Source of the DNA: Chiloscyllium plagiosum
Taxonomy: Eukaryota
DNA length: 64,000 bases
Reading direction: 5' to 3'
Assembly (NCBI RefSeq): GCF_004010195.1
Contig: NC_057729.1
Location: 58,909,335-58,973,334 of the forward strand
Shown: positions 24,439-37,100 of the stretch, piece by piece
How positions within the stretch are numbered: the stretch's first letter is position 1
Layout of the letters: each line of letters begins with the position of its first letter
Notes under the pieces: model-generated
The model's database searches: none
Told to the model about the DNA's origin: nothing
The model's input: only the letters and a program-made list of their open reading frames with translations
Made by a program: the position numbers and the translations under genes

Positions 24439-25325
24439 GTAATGCTGAAGCCTGGTACAGGTGCTTGGAAGTCCCACTAACAATCACCTACACACCCACT
24501 TTGTACTGACACAGGGCAATTGGATTATCTGATTCAAACTAAATGATTTATTGTTACATGCATTTCAAAAAAGAACAGTGAAAACTTTTAAGTGTCACCA
24601 CACTCAACACCCTTTTTACCATAGAACATAGAAAAATACAGCGCAGTACAGGCTCTTTGGCCCTCGATGTTGCACCGATCCAAGCCCACCTAACCTACAC
24701 TAGCCCACTATCCTCCATATGCCTATCCAATGCCCATTTAAATGCCCATAAAGAGGGAGAGTCCACCACTGCTACTGGCAGGGCATTCCATGAACTCACG
24801 ACTCGCTGAGTAAAGAATCTACCCCTAACATCTGTCCTATACCTACCACCCCTTAATTTAAAGCTATGCCCACTCCTTGCCACAGAGTGCTGTAGAGACA
24901 GAGTTCTTGTGTATGTTTAAACTGAGATAGATTCTTGATCAGTTGGAGAATCAAGCGCTACAGGGAAAGGGGCAAGGAAGTGGAATGAGGACTGTTGGAT
25001 CAGCCAAGTATCAAGGAATGTTGGACCAGCAGGCTCGAGTGGCTGGAAGGTATGCTCCTGGCTCTATTTCTTATAGTCTTAATACATTCTCCTAGAAACA
25101 GAGATTGTTGAAGACGGTTAAGGGAATAGGTTTCCTCAATGTAAAGGTTGTTGTTTATGAAAACATCCAGACGAGAGATATTTCATTGTAAATCTGCAAA
25201 AACTTTTAATGGAAGACTGAGAAAATCTTGGTAGCGTGAGTGCTCGTGGGAAAAAAAGCATCGCAGCTTATGAGACTGGAACAGTTAAATGAAACATGCA
25301 GATCTGGTAGTGAAGGAAAATTACC

Positions 25326-26410
25326 TCAAGCCGGCCAATTCCTAATCCAAACCTCCAACTCATCCTCAATGCCATATCTCCGTATTTTCTGTAGTAGCCT
25401 ACCATGGGGAACCTTATCAAACGCCTTACTAAAATCCATATATACCACATCTACCGCTTTCGCCTCATCAACCTCCTTCGTCACCTTTTCAAAGAATTCA
25501 ATAAGGTTTGTGAGGCACGACTTGCCCTTCACAAAACCATGCTGACTATCCTTGATCACATTATTCCTATCCAGATGTTCATAAATCCTATCCCTTCCAA
25601 TTCTCTCTAAGACTTTGCCCACAACAGAAGTGAGACTCACCGGCCTATAGTTACTAGGGTTATCCCTACTCCCCTTTTTGAACAAGGGAACCAGATTTGC
25701 TATCCTCCAGTCTTCTGGCACTATTCCTGTGGACAACGAGGACATAGAGATCAAGGCCAATGGCTCTGCAATCTCCTCCCTTGCTTCCCAGAGACTCCTA
25801 GGATAAATGCCATCAGGCCCAGGGGACTTAGCTATTTTCAGCCTTTCCAGAATTTCCAACACCTCTTCCCTGCATACCTCAAAGCCGTCCATTCCAATTA
25901 ATTGTGACTCATTATTCACATCGGCAATAATGTCCTGTTCCTGAGTGAATACTGACGAAAAGTATTCATTCAGTGTCTCCCCAATCTCTTCAGCCTCCAC
26001 ACGCAACTTCCCACTACTATCCTTGACTGGACCTATTCCTAGCTGAAAATGTGTTGCTGGAAAAGCGCAGCAGGTCAGGCAGCATCCAAGGAACAAGAGA
26101 ATCGACATTTCGGCAGCATCCAAGGACCTATTCCTACCCTAGTCATTCTTTTATTCCTGGCATACCTATAGAAAGCCTTAGGGTTTTCCCTAATCCTACC
26201 AACTAAGGACTTTTCATGTCCCCTCCTTGCTGCTCTTAGCTCTCTCTTCAGATCCTTCCTGGCTACCTCATAACTCTCAATCGCCCCAATTGAACCTTCA
26301 CGCCTCATCTTTTCATGTCCCCTCTTCCATTTAACAAGGGATTCCAATTCCTTATTAAACCACAGCTCCCTCACATGACCCTTTCCTCCCTGCCTGACAG
26401 GTACCATGTT
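25326..26410 (-). mobile_element. Young CR1/HER1 LINE ORF2 fragment interrupted by an 82-bp Penelope-derived insert (26042-26123)
   Basis: Long open RT frame (KSPGPDGIYPR...NYRPVSLTSVVGK...VYMDFSKAFDKVPH); TSD GGACCTATTCCTA at 26029-26041 and 26124-26136. Confidence 0.93.
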
Positions 26411-27021
26411 GAATGACTGCTTCCCTACTTCCTGTAAAGTCTCTATTCCATTCTCCCAATTTCTCCGTCTCTGGCATATCTGTTTTGGTGTGGAGGTGCT
26501 GGTGTTGTACTGGGGTGGACAAAGTTGGGTTATAGTCCAACAAGTTTATTTGGAAGGTTTCAGAGCGCTGCTCTTCGTCAGGTAGCTAGTGGGATAGGAT
26601 CACAGAATTTACAGTGAAAGATCAAAGTGTCTTACAACTGTTGTGATGGATTGAACAAACCTAGATTGCTGTTAAGTCTTTTGTTTTTGAGAATGGGGAA
26701 TGCAGATTTCGATTCATTAATATCTAAATCCCAGAACTTCTTTCAAGTCACATTCCCGAGCCTAAGGTTAGAGTCTGTCTGTATCCCAACCTTGAGGAAG
26801 AAGGTGAACATTTTGGAGGCTCCCTTGTTGAAGTTGGTATCATCAGAACCGATGCAGTTAAAAATCACACAACACCAGGTTATAGTCCAACAGGTTTATT
26901 TGGAAGCACTAGTTTTCAGAGCGGTGCTCCTTCGTCAGGTAGCTAGTGGGACATGATCATAGGACACAGAATTTATAGGAAAAGATTAAAGTGTCATACA
27001 ACTGATGAACAAACCTAGATT

Positions 27022-27203
27022 GGGCGGCACGGTGGCACAGTGGTTAGCACTGCTGTTTCACAGCGCCAGAGACCTGGGTTCAATTCCTGCCTCAGGCGAC
27101 TGTCTGTGTGGAGTTTGCACGTTCTCCCGTGTCTGCGTTGGTTTCCTCCGGGTGCTCCGGTTTCCTCCCACAGTCCAAAGATGTGCAGGTCAGGTGAATT
27201 GGC
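27022..27203 (+). mobile_element. HE1 SINE, runs into an N gap
   Basis: Head and V-domain. Confidence 0.9.
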
Positions 27204-27789
27204 NNNNNNNNNNNNNNNNNNNNNNNNNNNNNNNNNNNNNNNNNNNNNNNNNNNNNNNNNNNNNNNNNNNNNNNNNNNNNNNNNNNNNNNNNNNNNNNNN
27301 NNNNNNNNNNNNNNNNNNNNNNNNNNNNNNNNNNNNNNNNNNNNNNNNNNNNNNNNNNNNNNNNNNNNNNNNNNNNNNNNNNNNNNNNNNNNNNNNNNNN
27401 NNNNNNNNNNNNNNNNNNNNNNNNNNNNNNNNNNNNNNNNNNNNNNNNNNNNNNNNNNNNNNNNNNNNNNNNNNNNNNNNNNNTGCATTGTCTGAGTTGA
27501 GATGTCACCTTTATCTATAAAACCTTAAGCTATCTCAGGAATGTGATTGAAAGAAGTTGTGGGATTTACATATTAATGAATCAAATCCTGCAACCAATTC
27601 TAAAGGAAGAAAGATTTAACAGTAATCTAGGTTTGTTCATCAGTTGTATGACTCTTTAATCTTTTCCTATAAATTCTGTGTCCTATGATCATGTCCCACT
27701 AGCTACCTGACAAAGGAGCACCGCTCGAAAGCTAGTGCTTCCAAATAAACCTGTTGGACTATAACCTGGTGTTGTGTGATTTTTAACTG

Positions 27790-28940
27790 TATCGGTTCTG
27801 ATGATATCAACTTCAACAAGGGAGCCACCAAAATGTTCACCTTCTTCCTCAACCGAGCATTCCTCAGCACAGCCAGGTCTGACCCATCTCCTGTACTTCC
27901 ACCCTCACGCCCTCTCTTCCCTCCCACAATACTGATAAGGTTCCCCTTGTCCTTACCTACCATCCTACCAGCATCCATATACCAAAGATCATTAGTGGAC
28001 ACTTGCACCACCTCCAGTGAGATGCCACCACCAGTCACACATTCTCCTCCCCACCTTGCCTGCCTTCCGCAGGGACCATTCCCTCCAGGACACCCTGGTC
28101 CACTCCTCCTTCACTCCCAACACCACCCCCACAGCCCCATGACAACTTCCCCTGCAACTGCTGAAGGTGTAACACCTGCCCATTTCCCTCCACCCTCCTC
28201 AGTAACCAAGGACCCAGACACACCTTCCAGAACTTTACCTGCACTTCACTCAATCTAGCCTCCTGCATTTGCTGCTCACAACGTGGTCTCCTCTACATTG
28301 GGGAAATGAAGCATAGACTTCACAGAACATCTACGTTCTGTCACAAAAAATGACCCTGAGCTTCCAGTTGCCTGCCACTTTACCACCCCACCCTGTTCCC
28401 TGGCCAACATCTCTGTTTCAGCCTTGCTGCAGTGCTCCAGTGAAGCCCAGCACAAGCTGGAAGAACAGCACCTCATTTTCCACTTCGGACCCTGCAGCCC
28501 TCCAGACCTAACGTTGAGTTCAATAACTTTAAGGTTTGAGCTCAGTCATGTCCTTATCCTAATCCCCACACACCAGGCCTTGTTATTTAACGGTCTGCCC
28601 TTACACACTACCTATTGTTAGCCACTAACAGTCTCCATTAACAGCTATTCACCCTCCTAGTCAGATTGTTATCCACTCCTTTGTCTGCCCAAATGTTCTT
28701 CTCTCCTTTTGGGTTCTATCCCCACCTATTGTTTACTCTTTACTCTCTCCCCTCACCTTACCTTCTGCATATAAACTGCCATTTTCCCAGCCTACCATCA
28801 GTTCTGAGGAAGGGTCACCGGACCAGTAACATTAACTCTGATTTCTCTACACAGATGTTGCCAGACCTGCTGAGCTTTTCCAGCAATTTCTGTTTTTGTT
28901 TCTGATTTACAGCATCCACATTTCTTTTGATTTTTATTTT
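27790..28940 (+). mobile_element. Penelope-like element 3' fragment with GIY-YIG endonuclease remnant
   Basis: From ~28264 reads CICCSQRGLLYIGEMKHRL, then KNDPELPVACHF...KLEEQHLIF; degenerate hammerhead CTGAGGA-AGGGTC at ~28804 followed by the PLE terminal motif. Confidence 0.8.
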
Positions 28941-29104
28941 GCATGGTTATGGTGTGGTTTGATAGAAATGTTCAAGATATTAAGGTGAACAGATAATGTC
29001 AACAGAGAGAAACTATTTCAACTGGTTGGAAAGTCTAGGACAAAGGGGCAAAGCTTAAAAAGTAGAGATACTTGAAATAACCGATCTGTTTTCTGCTCCT
29101 GAAG

Positions 29105-29181
29105 GGAATCTAAACAGTTACTTGAGGAGTGACCTTGGTAGGCAGTTGGAATTGGTGCTGCTGATTGACTTTGCTTTACAG
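29105..29181 (+). CDS. Src-like kinase exon (GNLNSYLRSDLGRQLELVLLIDFALQ)
   Basis: 77 bp, phase 1-0, CAG|GTAAGT donor. Same size as the Src-family GSLLDFLK...LIDFSAQ exon; absent from the ORF track. Confidence 0.93.
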
Positions 29182-29579
29182 GTAAGTGTACCTGAGTGAG
29201 GTGCTGCATTTTTCCAGTTAACAGGATGCAGTTCACAAACATATTGTTGTACCAACCACTGGGGTAAACAGCCTTTTTGGTGAAAGTGAGGACTGCAGAT
29301 GCTGGAGACTTGAGTCAAGATTAGAGTGGTGCTGGAAAGGCACAGCAGGTCAGGCAGCATCCGAGGAGCAGGAAAATCGATGTTTCGGGCAAAAGCCTTT
29401 TGACCCACCTCCCAGTCCTTCCCCATCCACTTTTCACTTGCCACTGCAAACAACTTCTTGGAGTTAAGGGGATTTTTATATAGGTTGTATGTGATTTGCT
29501 GCTTTTTAATTCCTAAATGAAATAAATGTATGTGCGTTCGTGTTTTTCATTAAATATCACAAGGGAATTATTGATTCAT

Positions 29580-29960
29580 TCTCCACACACATCCACTCCC
29601 TCCACCACTGACGCTCAGTAGCAGCAGTGAGTACCATCTACAAAATGCACTGCAGAAATTCACCGACGATCCAAACCCACGACCACTTCCATCTATAAGG
29701 ACAAGGGCAGCAGATACATGGGAACACCACCCCCTGCAAGTTCCCCTCCAAGCCACTCTCCATCCTGACTTGGAAATATAACACCATTCCTTCAGTGTTG
29801 TTGGGTCAAAATCCTGGAATTCCTTCCCTAAGGCTATTGTGGGTCAACCTACAGCACATGGACTGCAGCAGTTCAAGAAAGCAGCTTACCCCCACCTTCT
29901 CAAGGAGCAACTAGGGACAGGCAATAAATGTTGACCCAGCCAGTGACACCCACATCGCAT
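29580..29960 (+). mobile_element. L2/Crack-like LINE 3' end
   Basis: ATCCACTCCCTCCACCACTGACGCTCAGTAGCAGCAG...CCCACCTTCTCAAGG...GGCAATAAATG; homologous to 5920-6800. Confidence 0.75.
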
Positions 29961-30384
29961 TAATTCATTTTCTTAGAAATTCAAGGAATAAAATACAATT
30001 ATAACAGATATATTTACTTGAAATGTTCTAAAAAGTTATAATATGATCACAGTAGTTCTCTTCTGATGAACTATTATTTTTTTCGTGCTGATTTCAAACA
30101 AACAACATAGTTGGTGCTTTGAAATCACATTACTGTAATTCCATGTATATTGACTCAGGCTGGGTACATGGGATCTGGGCTGGTGTGTGACAATGTGAGG
30201 GTGGTCAGGGTGGAAGTTCTGCTGGTTCTCAGCTGTGACATTGCTGGGTCAGTGACTTGTATTCAGGAGCAGCCCCCTACCAAAGACCACCTGGAGGACC
30301 CTTGGGAATCACACTGAGAGAGAGTGAAATCAGACAATATGGGAGGAAATCAACCAGTGGTGACAAGCCTCTGGATTTCTGCAG

Positions 30385-30538
30385 GTTTTGGATGGAATGC
30401 TTTATATGGAAGAGAATGCGTATGTGCATAGAGACCTGAGATCGGCAAACATTCTTCTCAATGGTAACCTGGAGTGCAAAATTGGAGATTTCAGCCTCAC
30501 TCAGAAACTGAAAGAACAGAGATACATCCTCTTGAAAG
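30385..30538 (+). CDS. Src-like kinase exon, catalytic and activation loops (VLDGMLYMEENAYVHRDLRSANILLNGNLECKIGDFSLTQKLKEQRYILLK)
   Basis: 154 bp, phase 0-1, AG/GTATGT; Src-type HRDLRSAN; DFS at 30487-30495. Confidence 0.96.
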
Positions 30539-31019
30539 GTATGTGTGACTGAAAGTTTGATGTTGAGACCATGTCTCTCCTGGCTGGGGAATCAAAAGCA
30601 CAAGGTCATTGGCACAGAATGAGATATAGGTGGCCATTTCAGACTGAGCTGAGGAGAAATGTCTTCTCTCTGAGGGTAGTGAATCTTTGGTATTCCCTGA
30701 GGGCTGTGGATGCTCAGTCATTGAGGATGTCCAAGACAAACGTTGATAGATTTTAGAGTGTGAGACAATGAAGAGAATAGAGCAGGCTCTGGGACTCCAG
30801 CAGAAGATGAGCCATGTCCTGGTGGAGCAGGATCAAGGGGCTCAGTGGTCACTTCCTGCTGTGTTTCAATAGAAACCCGGAAGACACTCTGGGTAATAAA
30901 GTGCAGCGAGCTATATGAATGTATCTAATACACGGCTGAGCTCTGAGAATGACCAAGCTCCAGGATACATATCCTCCCTGTACTGAGTGAATGGATCTAA
31001 TTTAGGGACTGAACAGAAT

Positions 31020-31345
31020 CAAGCATCCCTACAGTGCAGATAGAGGCCATATGGCCCATCGAGTCTGCACTGAACTCCGAAGAGCAACCCTTCCAGACCA
31101 ACCCTATCCCTGTAACCCTGCATTTTCCATAGCTAATCCACCTAGCCTGCACTTCCCTGGACACTAGGGGAAATTTAGCATGGCCAATCCACCTAATCTG
31201 CACATCTTTGGACTGTGGGAGAAACTGGAGCACCCAGAGGAAACCCACACAGACACGGGGAGAATGTGCAAACTCCACAGAGACAGTCACCTAAGGTTTG
31301 AATTGAACCCAGTTCCTTGCACTGTGAGGAAGCAGTGCTAACCAT
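31020..31345 (-). mobile_element. HE1-like SINE
   Basis: Reverse complement of the V-domain and tRNA head. Confidence 0.85.
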
Positions 31346-32109
31346 TGAATCACTGTAGAAAGGCTGATTTAACCTCGCCACTTTCAGGGTGGGCAGAGGA
31401 GGCAAAATTCTGTTTTAAGTTGCACATTTATTTTGTTGGAAAACGTCCATGTACAGACAAGTAGACATCAGCAAACGTACTGTCAGGATGTGAGGTCAAC
31501 AGCAATCAAATAGTCAACTGCCATTGAGTAGCTACGGTGACAGCATTAATCTGACCCGATTCAAACATGGCTCAATGGTTTGTGTCTGCCCAAAATGAAG
31601 AAGACTTGCTGGGGAAAGGACAGAGCTTTTTGAGAAACTCCATTAGATCATGTGAAGGAGATATTGAGCTATCAGAGGGAGCAAATAAAACTCTCATCTC
31701 TCTGACCCTTCAAGCACCACATGCTATGCATGTGGTAAAATGTGCAAATCATGCATTGGCCATCCCAGAACCTCATCAAACAGGAGTGCAAGTCATCCTC
31801 AACCACGAGGGACTGCCCTAGAAGGCAAAGACTCTTCAAAAGTAATTAAATGGCTGTTATGTGATTGTAGATATGCAATTTCTCGCTTCATTTCACATGA
31901 CCCTCAAACTGCATTTTACACTGTCCCTCAGGAGGGGTGGGAAGGCAATAGTTTACCTAAAATAGTGGCCATTGACCTACCATCCAACACAAACTTTACC
32001 CATATGGCTATCCATCTCAGTCCATGCATCGTCATGCGGGCCATTTATAAAATCATAGAATCCTGCAAAGAAGGCCATTCGCTTCACCATACCTGTGTCA
32101 GCTCTATGA

Positions 32110-32310
<201 letters not shown>

Positions 32311-32656
32311 TGATTGTGAATGGTGAAGATGTTGAACTGCCAATTATAGACTGACAACATCCAACATTACTTCCAACCACCACTGACATAATCTTGGCCT
32401 TTAGACAAGTCACATTTCTGAAATATCTACAGTGACTGATGTGTGTTCATACAACACCAGCTGATGCAGCCTGAGTGTCAATTGGCAGCATTTACCAATT
32501 CACTGTGTAAAACTAAATGAGTTGGAGAAAAGAAATATTGAGAATGGAGTGGTATGAGATCATAGAATCATGAGCTGTGCATCCAGATAAATAACTTCCA
32601 TCAGAAAGCATTAATAATAAGGGTTAGGGCTAACTGGATTGCCTAACTTAGGAAGA

Positions 32657-32747
32657 GCTGAAAATGTGTTGCTGGAAAAGCGCAGCAGGTCCGGCAGCAT
32701 CCAAGGAACAGGAGAATCGACGTTTCGGGCATAAGCCCTTCTTCAGA
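32657..32747 (-). mobile_element. 91-bp Penelope-derived insert with intact minimal hammerhead core and 12-bp TSD
   Basis: AACTTAGGAAGA at 32645-32656 and 32748-32759; reverse complement reads CTGAAGA-A-GGGCTTATGCCC-GAAA-CGTC. Confidence 0.85.
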
Positions 32748-33153
32748 AACTTAGGAAGATCCCAGATTCTGGAGCTAATGCACAAAGATGCAAAAATTAT
32801 GTTCAAACTGTTGGTTAGACTTCATCTGGAGTGACAGACCCTGAGTCCATTGGATATTCAATGTCATGAAAGGTAAAAACAGAAAATGCTGGAGAAATTC
32901 AGCCAGGTCAGGCAGCATCTGAAGAGAGAGAAGCAGAGATGTTGTTTCAAGTCCCATGACCCGTCTTTAACTCTCTCCCAATTGCTGAAAGTAAGAATTC
33001 CAGGTGCAGCAGGCAGTGAAGAAGGCAAATGGTATGTTGGCCTTCATAGTGAGAGGATTCGAATACAGGAGGAGGAATATCTTGCTGCAATTGTAAAGAC
33101 TTTGGTGAGACCATGGAGTATTGTGTGTAATTTGGTCTCCTTATCTGAGGAAG

Positions 33154-33378
33154 CCACGATGTGGAGCTGCTGGTGTTGGACTAGAGTGGACAAAGTTAAA
33201 GATCACACAACACCAGGTTATAGTCCAACAGGTTTATTTGGAAGCACTAGCTTTCGGAGCGACGCTCCTTCGTCGGGTGGTCATCAGGCAACCACCTGAT
33301 GTAGGAGCAGCGCTCCCAAAGCTAGTGCTTCCAAATAAACCTGTTGGACTATAACCTGGTGTTGTGTGATCTTTAACT
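33154..33378. mobile_element. Palindromic Penelope-derived element with 13-bp TSD, inside a CR1 remnant
   Basis: Inverted arms ~33193-33282 and ~33292-33380; TTATCTGAGGAAG at 33141-33153 and 33379-33391. Confidence 0.85.
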
Positions 33379-34492
33379 TTATCTGAGGAAGGATATTCTG
33401 ACAACAGAAGGAGTGCAATGGAGACTGATCTACAGAAGGATTCCTGGGATGGTCGGACAGACGTATGAAGCGACACTGGATTGCTTTGGACCATATTCAC
33501 TTGAGTTTTGGAGAATGAGGGGGTTTCGTAGAAACCTATAAAATTCGAGCAGCAGTAGACAGGGTAAACACAGGATGAATGTTCTGATGATCAGGAGTCA
33601 AGAACCAAGGATCATAGTCTAAAAATACAGGTTAAGCCAGTTAGGACTGAGATGAGGAGGAATGTCTTCACCTCATGAGTTGGATGACCAGCTACAATCA
33701 TATTGAAGGTTGTTGCAGGCTCAAAGGGCTGTATGTTCCTATTTTCTATGTCTCTATGGAACTGAGCATGAGAACATGAATGACTGTGGTTCGGGTATAC
33801 AGGATGTAATTTGAGACTTTGCAGATGGCATGAGACATGGAAAAGTACAAAACAATGAAGAGGTAGCAGGCATTAGGAGGATACAGGCAGATTGGAGAAA
33901 CGGGCTGACACATGGGAATGGAATTTAACATAGCAAAGTATGAATCGGTATGTTTTGGTTGGAAGATCATGAATAGGCAATGTAAACTAAAGGGTGCTAT
34001 TTGATAGGATGTGCATGGGCTGGAAGCCCTGGGCTTTACGTCCAGAAATTGGGAAAGGTGAGAGAGTTGTGAGCATTTGGGATCCTTGATTTTATTAAAT
34101 AGAGAAACAAAATGCAGCTAATTTACAAACAGGAAATGCTAAAACCAGTCAGAGGGTCTGTGCTGAGAGTTCATGTACCTCACCACCACCCTCTCAAAGG
34201 CAACTAAGGACAGGCAGTAAATGCTGACCCAGCCAATGCACTTACATCCCCTCTGTGACTTTAATAAAGAAAAGGTCGAGGTCAGTGACATTTCATCAGA
34301 GACTTAAAACTCGGTGACTGAGTTTCAGTGACTGAGTTTGCGTCCATAAAAGACATTTTGGAACCAGATAGCCTTTACAACAGTGCAATGACTTCATGCT
34401 CACATTCACTGCCATCTGATTTTTATTGATGGATCTTTCTTTCTACTGGTTAACCTGTATTGGGCAATTCATTGCTGTCTCCTTGTTTTTAG

Positions 34493-34659
34493 GTCTAACC
34501 TTTGCACAAACTGTTCAGTTTTTGGAAAGTGGTCTTCGCATGCAACGCCCCCTGGGCTGCCCAGAGGAGCTGTATTATGTCATGTTGATGTGCTGGGAGG
34601 AGGAGCCCTGCAGCCGGCCATCATTTCAACTACTGCGTGACCTGCTGCAAAACCTCTGA
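34493..34659 (+). CDS. Src-like kinase last coding exon (GLTFAQTVQFLESGLRMQRPLGCPEELYYVMLMCWEEEPCSRPSFQLLRDLLQNL*)
   Basis: Pyrimidine tract plus AG at 34492, phase 1; CPEELY..M..CW...RPSF motif; TGA at 34657-34659. Confidence 0.95.
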
Positions 34660-34767
34660 CCCTTCCTTTGCTGTGCTAACTCTTTCAGTCCTTGTTTTAT
34701 CATCCAGAGTGTGTTGTTGTTCCCAGGACTGACTATATCTGATAAACCAAACCACAATGAATTATTG

Positions 34768-35082
34768 TGGGCAGCACAGTGGCTAAGTGGTTAGCACCGC
34801 TGCCTCACAGCGCCAGGGACCTGGGTTCAATTCCTGCCTTGGGCAACTGCCTGTGTGGAGTTTGCACATTCTCCCCGTGTCTGCGTGGGTTTCCTCCGGG
34901 TGCTCCGGTTTCCTCCCACAGTCCAAAAGATGTGCAGGTCAGGTGAATTGGCCATGCTAAACTGCCCGTAGTATTAGGTGGAGGGGAATGGGTCTGGTTG
35001 GGTTGCTCTTCAGAGGGTCGGTGTAGACTTGTTGGGCCGAAGGGCCATGTTCCCACACTTTAGGGAATCTAATCTAATCTAA
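34768..35082 (+). mobile_element. HE1 SINE just downstream of the kinase stop codon
   Basis: Full head, V-domain and (TCTAA)n tail. Confidence 0.92.
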
Positions 35083-37100
35083 TCCGAAAGGAAGACAGAA
35101 ATGTCAAAGCCAATGCCTTGCTAAAAATCAGTTTGAATCCTTCACTGGGAAAGGTGACTGAGAATGTTTCTATAACCACAGTGTCCTCCAGTTTCTAACA
35201 GAGAACAGAGGAATGAGTTGTAATTTGAAGACACACACTTTATCAATTTTGCTCTCTTTAACGTGGTGGCTCTCTGCCTTGCTGCAGTTGAGTTGAATTG
35301 AATTGAATTGAATTTATTGTCACGTGTCCCAAGGCGCAGTGAAAAGCTTTGTCTTGCGAGCAATGCAGGCAGATCACAGAGTTAGGTGGCATGGACAAGT
35401 TCCACGTCACAGTAACACACTGAGCATTACCAGGTTAGATACAGGACAGTCTAGTAGCTCTTTCCATTGTTTCGGTGTCATGTAAACACACCATTCGACA
35501 TCACTGCAACATTGCAATTTCCCTCACCACCCTTCTGCTCTCTCTAGATGCGGTTCTCTACACTGGACCAAAAAGGTATATGTTCTCATTGGGTAACAGA
35601 GATTATATCAATTTAACACAGTACCAATATGGACAGGCATTGGCTTTGGGTCTGATGCCCCATCTGTCCTTTCAAATGAATATAGAGCATTACATCATGA
35701 TGTCTGAAGAAAATCCAAAGGGTTTCTTCCTGGTGTCTTGGTCAATATTAATTACTTAGGTGATTTAGCTCAGTGCTATTGCTGGGAGCTTGATATGTTC
35801 AACATTACTGGCTGCATTACCTACAGAATAACCCTGACTACACAAAGGGTCTTGAGGTTCAATGGTAGTGTCCCTGCCTTTGAGCCTGATGGTATGGGTT
35901 CAAGTCCCATTTGAATTTATTTGATTTGGTTTATTGTAGTCACATGTACCTAAGTACAATGAAAAGTTTTGTTTTGGGAGTAGTGCAGGCAGATCAATGC
36001 AAACAAAAGCATACGGATCATAGGGAGCTTAATCTGAGCGAGACAGACTGGCTTACGGCTACACAGGAGGTGCACAAAGCAAGATCAATATCATTTAAAG
36101 TTCGAGCAGTAGAGATGTCTTAGCAAGTTGATCTTTAACGAAATAGTGACGACACATTAAAAGTACAACATTAGTTATAAAGCACACTGGGGGGTGCTGA
36201 GGTCAGGAATGGTACTTACTATAGAAACGTAAATCCTTTCTATGTATCCGCATCCACTTGGCTTCCTAGTCCTCTTGTAAACATTTGGCTACTCTAGTTG
36301 AAATCTTGACTTGGTGTGGAAATTGAATGAACTCTTGTCTGAGAATGACTCAAACCAATTTGACTTTGCTGAGCGATGTGAAGACCTTTAGTGAGAAAAA
36401 TGTGCAGTCTGAGACAAGGTGTCTCCTGGAGAGGTTACTTATTTGTGTGAAATGTTCGTTGCCCAGAGCTCCAGTTTATCGATATCTCATTAGTAAGACT
36501 GATTCGAGAAGCTCTTTGAAACAGAAATTGAACTACAATATTCTCATCAGTGTATTCAATTATCTGATTCTGAAATGCATTAATTATTTAAAGCACAAAA
36601 TCAAGAAATTTGATTTGATTGAGGAGATTACCTTATTAAAATCCACTGATTGGATTTGTTGCAGATTGCTGGTTGTTATGAATTTCAGATTGTTTTAGAA
36701 AGGGTTTTTTTCTACTCTGTTCTAGGAAATAGTTCACTGCACCTTCAGAAAAATAGCCTGATAGGGAATCTTCCCAATTTACCCAGACCAGTGGTTTCAC
36801 AGTTTAGTCCTTTGTTAGTGCTGCATTATTTCATTTTCGATAAGGGTGAAAATATCAACTAAGATTTGTCATTCTGTTTTCTTCCGTCTCGCAGTCAGTA
36901 TGTCAGTGTAACTTTTATGAGTTATGTTCTTGCTATCATTATTGTATCATTATTGTATTGTGACCTGAAGATTTAAATATCTCCACCCGACCTTCAATGA
37001 CTTGAAGCAGCACACTTTATTAATGCATGCTCCTCAATTATAGTCTAATAGATTGATGCTAGCCCACTCTGTGAATGTAATGTTTGGATATAATGTTATC

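Noticed and set aside
30257-30384. Possible exon or 5' extension before the catalytic-loop exon
   Set aside because: ORF 30257..30439 is in a different frame from the kinase; the proper 77-bp exon is at 29105-29181 and the acceptor at 30384 gives the canonical 154 bp.
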